A DNA stretch of 25,980 nt from a virus (lineage: Duplodnaviria; Caudoviricetes): IMG/VR virus record IMGVR_UViG_3300032301_000553, positions 1 through 25,980 of that record. One strand, given 5' to 3'. The notes under the pieces were generated by a model. That model saw only the letters and a list, made by a program, of their open reading frames with translations. It was not told where the DNA came from and did no database searches. A program made the translations under genes and the position numbers. This document shows, piece after piece, positions 7,936 through 16,297 of this stretch (its first letter is position 1; every line of letters starts with the position of its first letter).

Positions 7936-8607
7936 ATGTTTAATCATATTGATGTGACTCTTCCAAAACTTGAAAGGGAAACTATAGATGGTGTAAGATA
8001 CTATACTTTACCTTCTGGTAATAAAAAATTAGTGTCTATCACCTCAGTTATTAGTCATTATAAAAAGGATTTTTTTGATAATTGGAGGAAAAAAGTAGGC
8101 ATAGAAAAAGCAAATAAAATTACAAAAAGAGCAACAAGTAGAGGAACTGATACTCATTCTTTAATAGAAAGTTATTTGTTGAATGAAACTTTACCATCAG
8201 TTCAACCAATATCAGAATATCTTTTTAAGATTGCAAAACCTACTATTAAACGTATTAATAATATTCACTGTCTTGAAAGTTCTTTATATAGTGAAGTTCT
8301 TGGTGTTGCAGGTTCTGTAGACACAATCGCAGAATTTGATGGCGAACTTGCCGTAATAGACTATAAAACTTCAAAAGAACCAAAACCCGTTGATTGGATA
8401 GAAGGATATTTTGTCCAAACAATGTTTTACGGAATGTCTCTCTATGAGATGACTGGTATTATGGTTAAAAAATTAGTTATTATAATGACCTGTGAGAATG
8501 GTGAATGTGTGGTTTATGAAGAACGAGACCTTAAAAAGTATATGAAATTAGTTATTAAGTACATTAAAAAATTTGTAGATGATAAATTGTCCGAAATTGA
8601 TAAATAA
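7936..8607 (+). CDS. PD-(D/E)XK exonuclease of T4-like phages
   Basis: SITSVI, RGTDTH, AGSVD, VIDYKTS and YFVQ motifs. Confidence 0.88.
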   Translation: MFNHIDVTLPKLERETIDGVRYYTLPSGNKKLVSITSVISHYKKDFFDNWRKKVGIEKANKITKRATSRGTDTHSLIESYLLNETLPSVQPISEYLFKIAKPTIKRINNIHCLESSLYSEVLGVAGSVDTIAEFDGELAVIDYKTSKEPKPVDWIEGYFVQTMFYGMSLYEMTGIMVKKLVIIMTCENGECVVYEERDLKKYMKLVIKYIKKFVDDKLSEIDK

Positions 8608-8613
8608 CATTAC

Positions 8614-8687
8614 CTGTAAGTCGCATTATGGGTGGAAGAGGTGCTTAGGCACCTTTTCTTATATAAATAATATTGCGACTTACAGAG
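8614..8687 (+). promoter_or_regulatory. Nested RNA structure enclosing a late promoter upstream of the endonuclease gene
   Basis: CTGTAAGTCGCA (8614-8625) pairs with TGCGACTTACAG (8674-8685); TATAAATA at 8662-8669 lies between the arms. Confidence 0.8.
8635..8660 (+). terminator. Terminator-like hairpin after the exonuclease gene
   Basis: GAAGAGGTGC-TTAG-GCACCTTTTC followed by TT. Confidence 0.6.
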
Positions 8688-8694
8688 TAGAACT

Positions 8695-9357
8695 ATGAAA
8701 AACCAAAAGGAGTATCATTACACCTATTATTCTTATGAAGAATGGGGTAGAGGATATATTGGTTCAAGAAAGTGTTATTGCTTTCCGAAAGAAGATGTAA
8801 AGTATCTTGGATCCTCAAAAGACAAAACATTCAAACCAAAATACAAAATAATACTCAAAGATGATTATGCTACAAGAGAAGAAGCATATGCTGATGAAAT
8901 TATTTTACAAGAGTATTATAAAATAGTTGAAAATCCCCACTTTGCAAATAGAGCGTATCAAACTTCTACTGGATTTTCAACATATGGTAAAAAGCATACG
9001 GAAAAACACAAAAAATATTTAAGTGAATTATTCAAAGGTAAAAAAAGATATGAAAATATACCTCATCCATTCAAAGGAAAAAATCATACTGAAGAATGGA
9101 AATTGAATCAAAGTAATAGAATGAAAAATGACAATCCTATGAAAAGGCCGGAAGTATCTAGTAAACAATCTCAAAGTATGAAGGGAAAAAAACCTTGGAA
9201 TAATGGTATAATTAATTTAAATACAACCGGAGGAAAAAATCCAAGAGCAAAAAAAATTATTTTTGATGGAAAACCTTTTGATTGTATAAAAGATGCTATT
9301 GAAAAAACAGGTATATCTCGACATATGATTAAAAAATCTTGTATTTTTATTGACTAA
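8695..9357 (+). CDS. Free-standing GIY-YIG-like (Seg-type) homing endonuclease with NUMOD3-like motifs
   Basis: YTYYS..RGYIGSR..YLGSS..EEAYADE..FANR; GKKHTEKHK and FKGKNHTEEWK motifs. Confidence 0.8.
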   Translation: MKNQKEYHYTYYSYEEWGRGYIGSRKCYCFPKEDVKYLGSSKDKTFKPKYKIILKDDYATREEAYADEIILQEYYKIVENPHFANRAYQTSTGFSTYGKKHTEKHKKYLSELFKGKKRYENIPHPFKGKNHTEEWKLNQSNRMKNDNPMKRPEVSSKQSQSMKGKKPWNNGIINLNTTGGKNPRAKKIIFDGKPFDCIKDAIEKTGISRHMIKKSCIFID

Positions 9358-9378
9358 TATGATATTTTGAGTTATAAT
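9350..9378 (+). promoter_or_regulatory. Sigma70-like promoter
   Basis: TTGACT (9350-9355), 17-nt spacer, TATAAT (9373-9378). Confidence 0.75.
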
Positions 9379-9400
9379 AAATACTATATTGTAAAAAATT

Positions 9401-9706
9401 ATGAGTAATGCACTAGAAAATCTTCTGGAATTTAAAATAGAATATATGGAACCTAATAAGGAATTGGAACAGGCAATAGAGGATAAGTTCCTCACTCCCT
9501 CCAAGTTTTCTCTAGAGATAGAGAAGATTGTTGCGGAGGAGAATATGAACTACATCGATGCCATTTGTCATTATTGTGAGATCAATAAGATTGAGGTAGA
9601 TTCAATTACAAAACTTGTATCTAAACCCCTCAAAGAACGATTGAAGTATGATGCTATCAATCTAAACTTTATGAAGAAAACGTCACGTGCAAAATTGCCA
9701 CTATGA
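9401..9706 (+). CDS. gp33: Late-transcription coactivator gp33
   Basis: FSLEIEKIV..NYIDAICHYCE..KPLKERLKYDAINLNFMK; located next to gp59. Start could be 9446. Confidence 0.85.
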   Translation: MSNALENLLEFKIEYMEPNKELEQAIEDKFLTPSKFSLEIEKIVAEENMNYIDAICHYCEINKIEVDSITKLVSKPLKERLKYDAINLNFMKKTSRAKLPL

Positions 9707-10293
9707 GTCCTTTTGAGACATATCAACATTATCTTTCACTCAAAAGTCATTTCACAAATCCAAAATATGATTTCTTTAAATATCGTGGGAAGTCAAGAGC
9801 AACTCTAACTTCTTTTAACCGTAGAAAGGACCGTTATTTCTTTGAGAAATCTTCAAGGAAATATTCTGATAAAGAAATTGTAAATTTTCTAGTATCAAAC
9901 TTTGTTGCCACAGACACCCCACAAAATTTATGGATTGGTTCTTTAATAAACGAAGGAGAAAGAACTTATTCTGAATGGATGAAACGACAACAGAGCTTAA
10001 CTTACATATTCAAAGAACAATCGGAAGAATTACTATCAGAAATCAAATTAGAAGATGTATTCAATTGTTCTAAAGGTCATCCACCGATTCTAAAAAAGTT
10101 CCTGGGTGGGAAGATTTCACCTGAAGTCTTAGTAATTTATGATATACTATTTCAGTTCGGGAATGTCTTTGATAAGAAACTTATAGATCCCGTATGGGAG
10201 ACCGTAAGTTTAAAAATTCGGAAATACAAACCATTTCTTCAAATAGATGTTTTTAACTATAAAAAACTTTTACGGGAAATAGTCAATGAGTAA
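9703..10293 (+). CDS. gp59: Helicase loader gp59
   Basis: YLSLKSHFT..YDFFKY.GK..FNRRKDRYFFEK. Confidence 0.9.
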   Translation: MSPFETYQHYLSLKSHFTNPKYDFFKYRGKSRATLTSFNRRKDRYFFEKSSRKYSDKEIVNFLVSNFVATDTPQNLWIGSLINEGERTYSEWMKRQQSLTYIFKEQSEELLSEIKLEDVFNCSKGHPPILKKFLGGKISPEVLVIYDILFQFGNVFDKKLIDPVWETVSLKIRKYKPFLQIDVFNYKKLLREIVNE

Positions 10294-10618
10294 ATTCTTT
10301 GATTCTGAATTAATTCAGGATGAACTTGAAGAAATCAATGATCTTCAAAAATCCATTTATGGAAGTATTTTGTCGTTTGGTACTATGACTCGTGAAGATA
10401 AACTGGAACATATTGAAAAACTTACACAGTTGCTAGAAAAGCAACGTGTAATGTATACACGTTTGTCCCTTTCAGATGACCCACAAGCGGTTGAAATGAA
10501 AGAAAATCTTCGCAAATCTGTGTCTCTGATGGGATTTCCTCCCGATACAGATATGAATTTACTTTTTAATAGTATGAATAAAACCATTGAGTCTCTCAAA
10601 AAGTTCATTGACAAGTAA
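10286..10618 (+). CDS. Conserved hypothetical protein (DUF1825-like)
   Basis: FFDSELIQDE..LLEKQRVMYTRLSLSDDP motifs. Confidence 0.75.
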   Translation: MSKFFDSELIQDELEEINDLQKSIYGSILSFGTMTREDKLEHIEKLTQLLEKQRVMYTRLSLSDDPQAVEMKENLRKSVSLMGFPPDTDMNLLFNSMNKTIESLKKFIDK

Positions 10619-10636
10619 TACTATTTTTGTTATAAT
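10608..10636 (+). promoter_or_regulatory. Consensus sigma70-like promoter with extended -10
   Basis: TTGACA (10608-10613), 17-nt spacer, TGtTATAAT (TATAAT at 10631-10636). Confidence 0.85.
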
Positions 10637-10669
10637 ATCTAAGTAAATCCAAAACATCCAAATTATCCG

Positions 10670-11170
10670 ATGGCATCCAAACTTGAAATGTCAGTCTCTG
10701 ATGTTGATGTGAAATATCCTCAATTTAGATCAGATAGACTCAAATTTGAAAAGCGAGTAATTTTAGAGTCTTTACAGTGGAGAGTTGATAATCCCACTGC
10801 AAAAAATCTTAGTGTTAGGAAAAAAAGTATTAAAACTTATTTTCCATATCTTGATGATGAGGCAGTACGGACAGTGCAAGCCACATTTCGTGCTAAATTT
10901 TACGATCATAAAGATGATACTGATTATTCAAAATATTGGAATGAACCTGCTCTTTCCCAAGTTTTTTCAAGTATTGAAAAAACTTCTAATGCCATTACAA
11001 GAGCATTGTTTGATATAGATACTCCAAATGGTTTTGTTGCAAGACAAGGCTTTGTTCCTGCAAAAATTCTTAATAATATTGAAGTTCATTTTGATGAACT
11101 GGTTTATAGGGGTAAACTCAAGTCAGAAGATCATTTCTATGTTATAATTGATGCTGTCAGAAATTACTGA
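10670..11170 (+). CDS. Hypothetical protein of unknown function
   Basis: 166-aa ORF between the promoter and gp32; no motif recognised. Confidence 0.65.
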   Translation: MASKLEMSVSDVDVKYPQFRSDRLKFEKRVILESLQWRVDNPTAKNLSVRKKSIKTYFPYLDDEAVRTVQATFRAKFYDHKDDTDYSKYWNEPALSQVFSSIEKTSNAITRALFDIDTPNGFVARQGFVPAKILNNIEVHFDELVYRGKLKSEDHFYVIIDAVRNY

Positions 11171-11208
11171 CTACATCCTCCAAATCGAAACTATCTAAGG
11201 TAATCCAA

Positions 11209-12123
11209 ATGTCTTTTTCCGATCTTAAGAAACAATCCAAACTCGGTTCCCTGACCGCAAAACTGGTCAAGGAAGTCGAAAAAATGAATAATACCACATC
11301 ATCTGGTGATGATCGTCTATGGAAACTTGAATGTGATAAGAGTGGTAATGGTTATGCCGTCATTCGTTTCCTTCCCGCACCTAACGGCGAAGATCTGCCG
11401 TTTGTAAAACTGTATTCTCATGCCTTCCAAGGTTCTGGTGGTTGGTACATTGAAAACAGTTTAACCACTCTGAATCAGAAGGATCCAGTTTCGGAAATGA
11501 ATTCTGAACTCTGGAATAATGGTACAGATGCTGGTAAGGAAATTGCCCGTAAGCAGAAGCGTAAGTTGACTTATGTTGCTAACATCTACGTGGTCAAAGA
11601 TCCTGCCAATCCTGATAATGAAGGTAAGGTTTTTCTTTATAAGTTCGGTAAGAAAATCTTTGATAAGATCACGGCAGCGATGCAACCAGAGTTTGAGGAT
11701 GAGCAAGCAATTGATCCTTTTGATTTCTGGCAAGGTGCTAACTTCAAACTGAAGGCAAAGAATGTTGCCGGTTATCGTAACTACGATTCTTCAGAATTTG
11801 CCTCACAAGGATCTTTGTTGGATGATGACGATGCAATGGAAGCAATCTGGAAGAAGCAATATTCTCTTGCAGAACTTGTTGCTTCCGATCAGTTTAAGTC
11901 TTATGATGAACTGAAGAAGCGTCTTGATTATGTTCTTGGTAACAAGAGTACCCGTCGTCAAGACTCTGAGGTTGCTGATGAAGAGGAAACTTCACGGGGT
12001 TCGGAAAGTGATCTTGAAGAAGATCTTCGTACTCAGTTGAAGAATCTTGCTCCCACCAAGTCTTCTTCTTATGATGAAGAAGATGATGATACTCTAAGTT
12101 ACTTCGCAAAGTTGGCAGAATAA
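11209..12123 (+). CDS. gp32: Single-stranded DNA-binding protein gp32
   Basis: DDRLWK..GNGYAVIRFLP, WYIENSLTT, KFGKKIFDKI, NYDSSEF and acidic tail ending LSYFAKLAE. Confidence 0.96.
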   Translation: MSFSDLKKQSKLGSLTAKLVKEVEKMNNTTSSGDDRLWKLECDKSGNGYAVIRFLPAPNGEDLPFVKLYSHAFQGSGGWYIENSLTTLNQKDPVSEMNSELWNNGTDAGKEIARKQKRKLTYVANIYVVKDPANPDNEGKVFLYKFGKKIFDKITAAMQPEFEDEQAIDPFDFWQGANFKLKAKNVAGYRNYDSSEFASQGSLLDDDDAMEAIWKKQYSLAELVASDQFKSYDELKKRLDYVLGNKSTRRQDSEVADEEETSRGSESDLEEDLRTQLKNLAPTKSSSYDEEDDDTLSYFAKLAE

Positions 12124-12130
12124 CGGAAAT

Positions 12131-12154
12131 GGGGAGGGAAACCTCCCCTTTTTT
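12131..12154 (+). terminator. Rho-independent terminator between convergent gp32 and gp53
   Basis: GGGGAGG-GAAA-CCTCCCC followed by TTTTTT. Confidence 0.9.
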
Positions 12155-12800
12155 ACGGCATCGTGACTCTAGTATTTTCAGTACGAATTAAAGTTTTATT
12201 GACATATTGAGAAGATTTGTCATAATACATAATTCTTCTCATATCATTCAGATACTGTTGGAGATATGCCTTTTTTAAGATATAAATTGATCTTTTCTTA
12301 TTATTTTTAATTACCTCATATTCATAATTACTGATACCAGTAACCGGATTTAATGTTACCCTATAATCATCCGGATTTTGAATTGAAAAATTGGAATCAA
12401 CAACATTACCTGCAGGAAGAATCAGACGACCTCTGGAGTCTCTAACTTCTTTAGTCTCATAATGATGATTCGAATTTAAATTTTCCTTATAAAGTTCTTC
12501 TGCATATTGGTAGATATCTCTATCAGATAGTGGCCATTCGTTTCTTACGTTTACAATTCCTGCAGTTAAAATTACGACCCAATCCAAATCTGCTCTACCA
12601 TATAATTCTTCTGCCACAGTATCCGGACGAGCACCATCAGTAATTTGATATTTGTCAAAAAGAGTAACTACATTGTGCAAATCGTCACGAAGTTTGACTC
12701 TACGAAACAAATTTTTAGCACGAACATAAGCATCAGAAGAATTTCTGCCTACAAAAGGTGATTGATATTCTAAATCTGGTAGTTCTCTAAAGTATCCCAT
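12153..12800 (-). CDS. gp53: Baseplate wedge protein gp53
   Basis: YFRELPD..KNLFRR..GARPDTVAEELYG..LDWVVIL..EWPLS..HHYET. Confidence 0.88.
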   Translation of the reverse strand: MGYFRELPDLEYQSPFVGRNSSDAYVRAKNLFRRVKLRDDLHNVVTLFDKYQITDGARPDTVAEELYGRADLDWVVILTAGIVNVRNEWPLSDRDIYQYAEELYKENLNSNHHYETKEVRDSRGRLILPAGNVVDSNFSIQNPDDYRVTLNPVTGISNYEYEVIKNNKKRSIYILKKAYLQQYLNDMRRIMYYDKSSQYVNKTLIRTENTRVTMP

Positions 12801-13681
12801 TAGTATCCAACTCCGATATCTGTTGAATCATCATAATCACTAAAGTAAACTGGATTCAATTCTTGAAATGATAATGTAAGTTTCATATGAACTGGTGTTG
12901 CATCTTCATAAGTTGCATAAGCACCAGATGCAGTATAATCAACTGCCATGTTTGTTAGGGCACATGGTTTGAATGAGTTTAAAAATGGATGTTTTTCGCC
13001 ACCACTTCTATATTCCAATTGAAATACATTTGGAGAATCGATAAACAATCCAGCACCAGTACCAGTTGATGTTTTTGCAGCCATTGATTTTTTAAATGCT
13101 CTTATAATACTTTTAACGGATTTTGATTCCACATCATCTCTTGGTGACATATTAAATGTAAAATTAAATGATCTTAACTGTACTCCCTTAAAGAGTAGTT
13201 CCATATTTGGATTGAGAATTTTACCTTCTGATCTAGAAAGAAGACTCTCGGCACTAATATTTGCTCCTAGATTATTGACTGCCATTGCGGCCATATAATT
13301 AGTAACTAAATCTTGCCCATTTCCACTAGTAGCCACATTTTTTATTGTACTCATCAAATTTTTACCTGCTTCCAATGGACTATCAGTGCCTGTCATAATA
13401 TTTTTTGATGCGCCAAGTGCATATGCAGCTAAAGGATTTAAACTATCATCGCCCCAATCGACCATATTACTATCACTAATTCCTTGTGGCATGGGAAGAA
13501 GAATTTGATATAAGGAGTTCGTTAAATTTCCACTATCCGCCAGTGCCTGAGTGGAAGTTCTCTGAATAAGATTTGATGGATTGGTACTTACACCTGGAGG
13601 TACATAATTGACGATAAGAATCTGCAGATAATCATCAGACTCAGTTATTCTTTTTGCTGGATATCTGAAACATTCTGCCAT
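12800..13681 (-). CDS. gp48: Baseplate tail-tube cap gp48
   Basis: LPMPQGISD..NPNMELLFKG..RSFNFTF..PNVF..FKPCALT..VDYT..LSFQEL. Confidence 0.85.
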   Translation of the reverse strand: MAECFRYPAKRITESDDYLQILIVNYVPPGVSTNPSNLIQRTSTQALADSGNLTNSLYQILLPMPQGISDSNMVDWGDDSLNPLAAYALGASKNIMTGTDSPLEAGKNLMSTIKNVATSGNGQDLVTNYMAAMAVNNLGANISAESLLSRSEGKILNPNMELLFKGVQLRSFNFTFNMSPRDDVESKSVKSIIRAFKKSMAAKTSTGTGAGLFIDSPNVFQLEYRSGGEKHPFLNSFKPCALTNMAVDYTASGAYATYEDATPVHMKLTLSFQELNPVYFSDYDDSTDIGVGY

Positions 13682-13695
13682 TTGAATTTTCTAAC

Positions 13696-13702
13696 TATTT
13701 AG
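13696..13702 (-). promoter_or_regulatory. Late promoter variant CTAAATA before gp48
   Basis: TATTTAG on the + strand, 14 nt upstream of the gp48 start. Confidence 0.55.
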
Positions 13703-13703
13703 T

Positions 13704-14204
13704 CTATGTTGATAATATCTTTCTATATGGGACATCATGAAGATAATCAAACTCTTCACCTCTTTGAACTCTATGAAATGAACTTCCAACTCCTTCCCAA
13801 ACATAATTTCTATGATCTGACCAATGTACATTATATCCCCTAAATCCTGATAAATCGATTGATTCAACCATCAATAATGGATGTTGATCGTATAAAATTC
13901 CTGGTGTTTTTGCAGTATAAACAAAAGTGTATATATTTCCTGGTCTTGGATATTTTTCGGTGTCGTCAAATATTTTTTGAATAATTGACATAATTTCATC
14001 TTCACTATCAATTCCTTGTAAAATTGCCTCTTCCAGCATTTGAATTCTATTTAATTTTTTAGTAGGTACTTCTAATTGCTCTAAAGTTTCTGAAGTCTGC
14101 TCTTCTTGTATGGATTTTTGTTGTTGCTCAGAAAGTTTTTCTCTCTGACTTGTGAGAAGAGGTTTAATTTTTCCTTTTGGAATTTTACTTACTTTTCTTG
14201 CCAT
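13704..14204 (-). CDS. gp2 (DNA end protector)-like protein
   Basis: PGNIYTFVYTAKT..YDQHPLL..GFRGYNVHW resembles the gp2 core; lies near gp4. Confidence 0.6.
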   Translation of the reverse strand: MARKVSKIPKGKIKPLLTSQREKLSEQQQKSIQEEQTSETLEQLEVPTKKLNRIQMLEEAILQGIDSEDEIMSIIQKIFDDTEKYPRPGNIYTFVYTAKTPGILYDQHPLLMVESIDLSGFRGYNVHWSDHRNYVWEGVGSSFHRVQRGEEFDYLHDVPYRKILST

Positions 14205-14863
14205 TACTTAATTACATTGTTATTAATAAATTTTCCACCTCTATTAAGAATAAGATATCTAGAAAGTCCCGTTTTTTCCATAGTTTCAGTCATAGACGCA
14301 TACACATTCCCATTATAAAGAACTGGTTTCCGATTACCACTTGGTCGTCCTTTCATCATTTCACCATGTCTTTTATGCTTTTCTTTATCAGTTCTATTTC
14401 TTTCTGTCATTTTTTTTAAATTTTCTGTGTAGTAAGACATTGGTCTTGGATTATTTTTTAATCTTTCTCTGTGTGTTTTTGAAATTTTTTGTCTTACTTC
14501 TTCTGTAACTTTTCTCCCTTTCAAACTTATTTTATTTGCAGCACTTATTTTTGCCCTAACTTCTGGTCTTTTTGTTGGACTGGCATCACCATACATTTTG
14601 GGGGGTGCATTACCACCATCAGCAATATTCATCAAAATGCCAGTCCCATCACATTTTTTACCAAAGATAGAAATCATATAAATTTCATGCTTAAATGCTT
14701 CTTCTTCTGTTAAATTTTGCTTTAATTTGATTATTTTACTTCTATCTTTTGGTGGTCTACAATTCTTTCCATACTTATAAAATAATCGGGATCCTTTTCC
14801 TTTCCCAATATAATAAGGCGTTCCATTTTCACGCAAGTAAGCATAAGTGTAATAGTCTTCCAT
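14204..14863 (-). CDS. Free-standing GIY-YIG-like homing endonuclease
   Basis: YYTYAYLRENGTPYYIGKG..EEEAFKHE..LMNIADGG; NUMOD3-like KGRKVTEEVRQKIS. Confidence 0.8.
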   Translation of the reverse strand: MEDYYTYAYLRENGTPYYIGKGKGSRLFYKYGKNCRPPKDRSKIIKLKQNLTEEEAFKHEIYMISIFGKKCDGTGILMNIADGGNAPPKMYGDASPTKRPEVRAKISAANKISLKGRKVTEEVRQKISKTHRERLKNNPRPMSYYTENLKKMTERNRTDKEKHKRHGEMMKGRPSGNRKPVLYNGNVYASMTETMEKTGLSRYLILNRGGKFINNNVIK

Positions 14864-14872
14864 TCTTTATTT

Positions 14873-15325
14873 TTAATCTTTTTTATATTTATAACTGAAA
14901 AGTTCATCTTCTGTGAGAATTTTAAATTCATATCCCCTATCAGCACACCATTCTTCTGCTACCTTCCATTTTGCCTGATTCTTTGCATACTCAACCACTT
15001 CGTAAATATATCCTTTTGTCTTTCTTTTTTGTGGTATTGGTTCTACTGTTTGTTTCTTAGGTTTAATTTCAATGATACATTTTTTAATTTCACCACTACT
15101 TTCCTTTATTTTGATATAAAAATCAGGAAAATATCTATGAATCTTATTATCAATAGGTGATCGGTAAGGCAATGCAAAAATTTCACTTCCCCATTCAAGA
15201 ATATTTTCATTGAGATCACAATACTTCATGAATTTGCGTTCCCACAAAGACCTATAAGTAATGTTACTATAATCTCCTCGGTATTTCTGGGGATTGATTG
15301 GTTGATATTTTCCTTTATACGACAT
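14873..15325 (-). CDS. gp4: Head completion nuclease gp4
   Basis: YRSLWERKFM..WGSE..HRYFPDF..IEIKP..NQAKW..FKILTE. Confidence 0.92.
   Translation of the reverse strand: MSYKGKYQPINPQKYRGDYSNITYRSLWERKFMKYCDLNENILEWGSEIFALPYRSPIDNKIHRYFPDFYIKIKESSGEIKKCIIEIKPKKQTVEPIPQKRKTKGYIYEVVEYAKNQAKWKVAEEWCADRGYEFKILTEDELFSYKYKKD
14886..14893 (-). promoter_or_regulatory. Late promoter TATAAATA inside the last codons of gp4
   Basis: TATTTATA on the + strand, 22 nt upstream of the endonuclease start at 14863. Confidence 0.7.
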
Positions 15326-15359
15326 CTAAATATAGTATAAGACTTTAAGAGTATTTAGA
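15325..15359. promoter_or_regulatory. Pair of oppositely oriented late promoters (CTAAATA) in the divergent gap
   Basis: CTAAATA at 15326-15332 (+) and TATTTAG at 15352-15358 (CTAAATA on -). Confidence 0.65.
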
Positions 15360-16268
15360 GTGTCCATAGCACGTCCTCGCAAGATATCTCAGATTAAACC
15401 ACTCTTTGGAAATCTTGCACAAACCAGTCACTATCAAGTTTACTTTGGTGGATTATCAAGACCTCTTCAAAGTTATTTGACTTTGAGAGGTGTTAGTTCA
15501 AGATTCGTTGCAGAAAGTGCTGGATTATTGTGTTCTTCCGCATCATTGCCAGGCAGTTCTCTTGGAACTGCGGATATTGTTGGTGATGTTACGGGAGTCG
15601 CCGAAAAGATGGCGCATACTAGAATTTTTACGGCAATTGATTTAACATTTTATGTTGATAAGGAATATAGAATGTTAAAATTTTTGGAGCACTGGATAGA
15701 ATTTATTGCCAGCGGATCTGGAGTAAATGCTGGTAGAGAGGGATATTTTTTCCGAATGAAATATCCGATAGATTATAAGACAAATACTACTAAAATTTTA
15801 AAGTTTGATCGGGACTATAGAAATGAAATTGAATATAATTTCTTTGGATTATTTCCGACCGCAATATATTCTCCATCAATCGCATATTCAGATTCTCAAG
15901 TATTAACCGTAACCGCATCATTTAGTTATGAAAGGTATGTTTGTGGTTCTATAAGAAGTGTGGATATAAATTCTGCTAAGGATAATAATAAACAACCACA
16001 AAATACAACTCAAGCAAATACCAGTGGAAATTCTCAAGATAGACTTGCAACAGGAAGAGATGAAATGTTATGGAGAAATCGAAATGAAGGTACTGGAAGA
16101 TTGGATGATCCAAGACCAAGAGGAATAGGTGATCCATCTTCCAGAAACAGTGGATGGTTTTCTTTTGGTGATGGTGGTGGTGGATCTTCTGCACAGGATA
16201 GTGGAATAACTGGAACAAGTGGAAATTTTGGAATAATTTCTTCAGGTAATGACTCTAATGAATCCTAA
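15360..16268 (+). CDS. Tail-tube-fold baseplate protein (gp54/gp19-like)
   Basis: LLCSSASLPGSS..LTFYVD..FLEHW..YP..GLFP..VTASFSYERY; GTG start; low-complexity C-terminal tail. Confidence 0.7.
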   Translation: MSIARPRKISQIKPLFGNLAQTSHYQVYFGGLSRPLQSYLTLRGVSSRFVAESAGLLCSSASLPGSSLGTADIVGDVTGVAEKMAHTRIFTAIDLTFYVDKEYRMLKFLEHWIEFIASGSGVNAGREGYFFRMKYPIDYKTNTTKILKFDRDYRNEIEYNFFGLFPTAIYSPSIAYSDSQVLTVTASFSYERYVCGSIRSVDINSAKDNNKQPQNTTQANTSGNSQDRLATGRDEMLWRNRNEGTGRLDDPRPRGIGDPSSRNSGWFSFGDGGGGSSAQDSGITGTSGNFGIISSGNDSNES

Positions 16269-16297
16269 ATAAAAGCAAGTGATTTGAATTTAAAAAA

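Noticed and set aside
7936-8607. Exonuclease as a CRISPR Cas4 gene
   Set aside because: No repeat-spacer array or other cas genes; this nuclease is an ordinary neighbour of phoH and gp33.
14873-15325. TnsA-like transposase
   Set aside because: The fold is shared with gp4 and the structural-gene context supports head completion nuclease.
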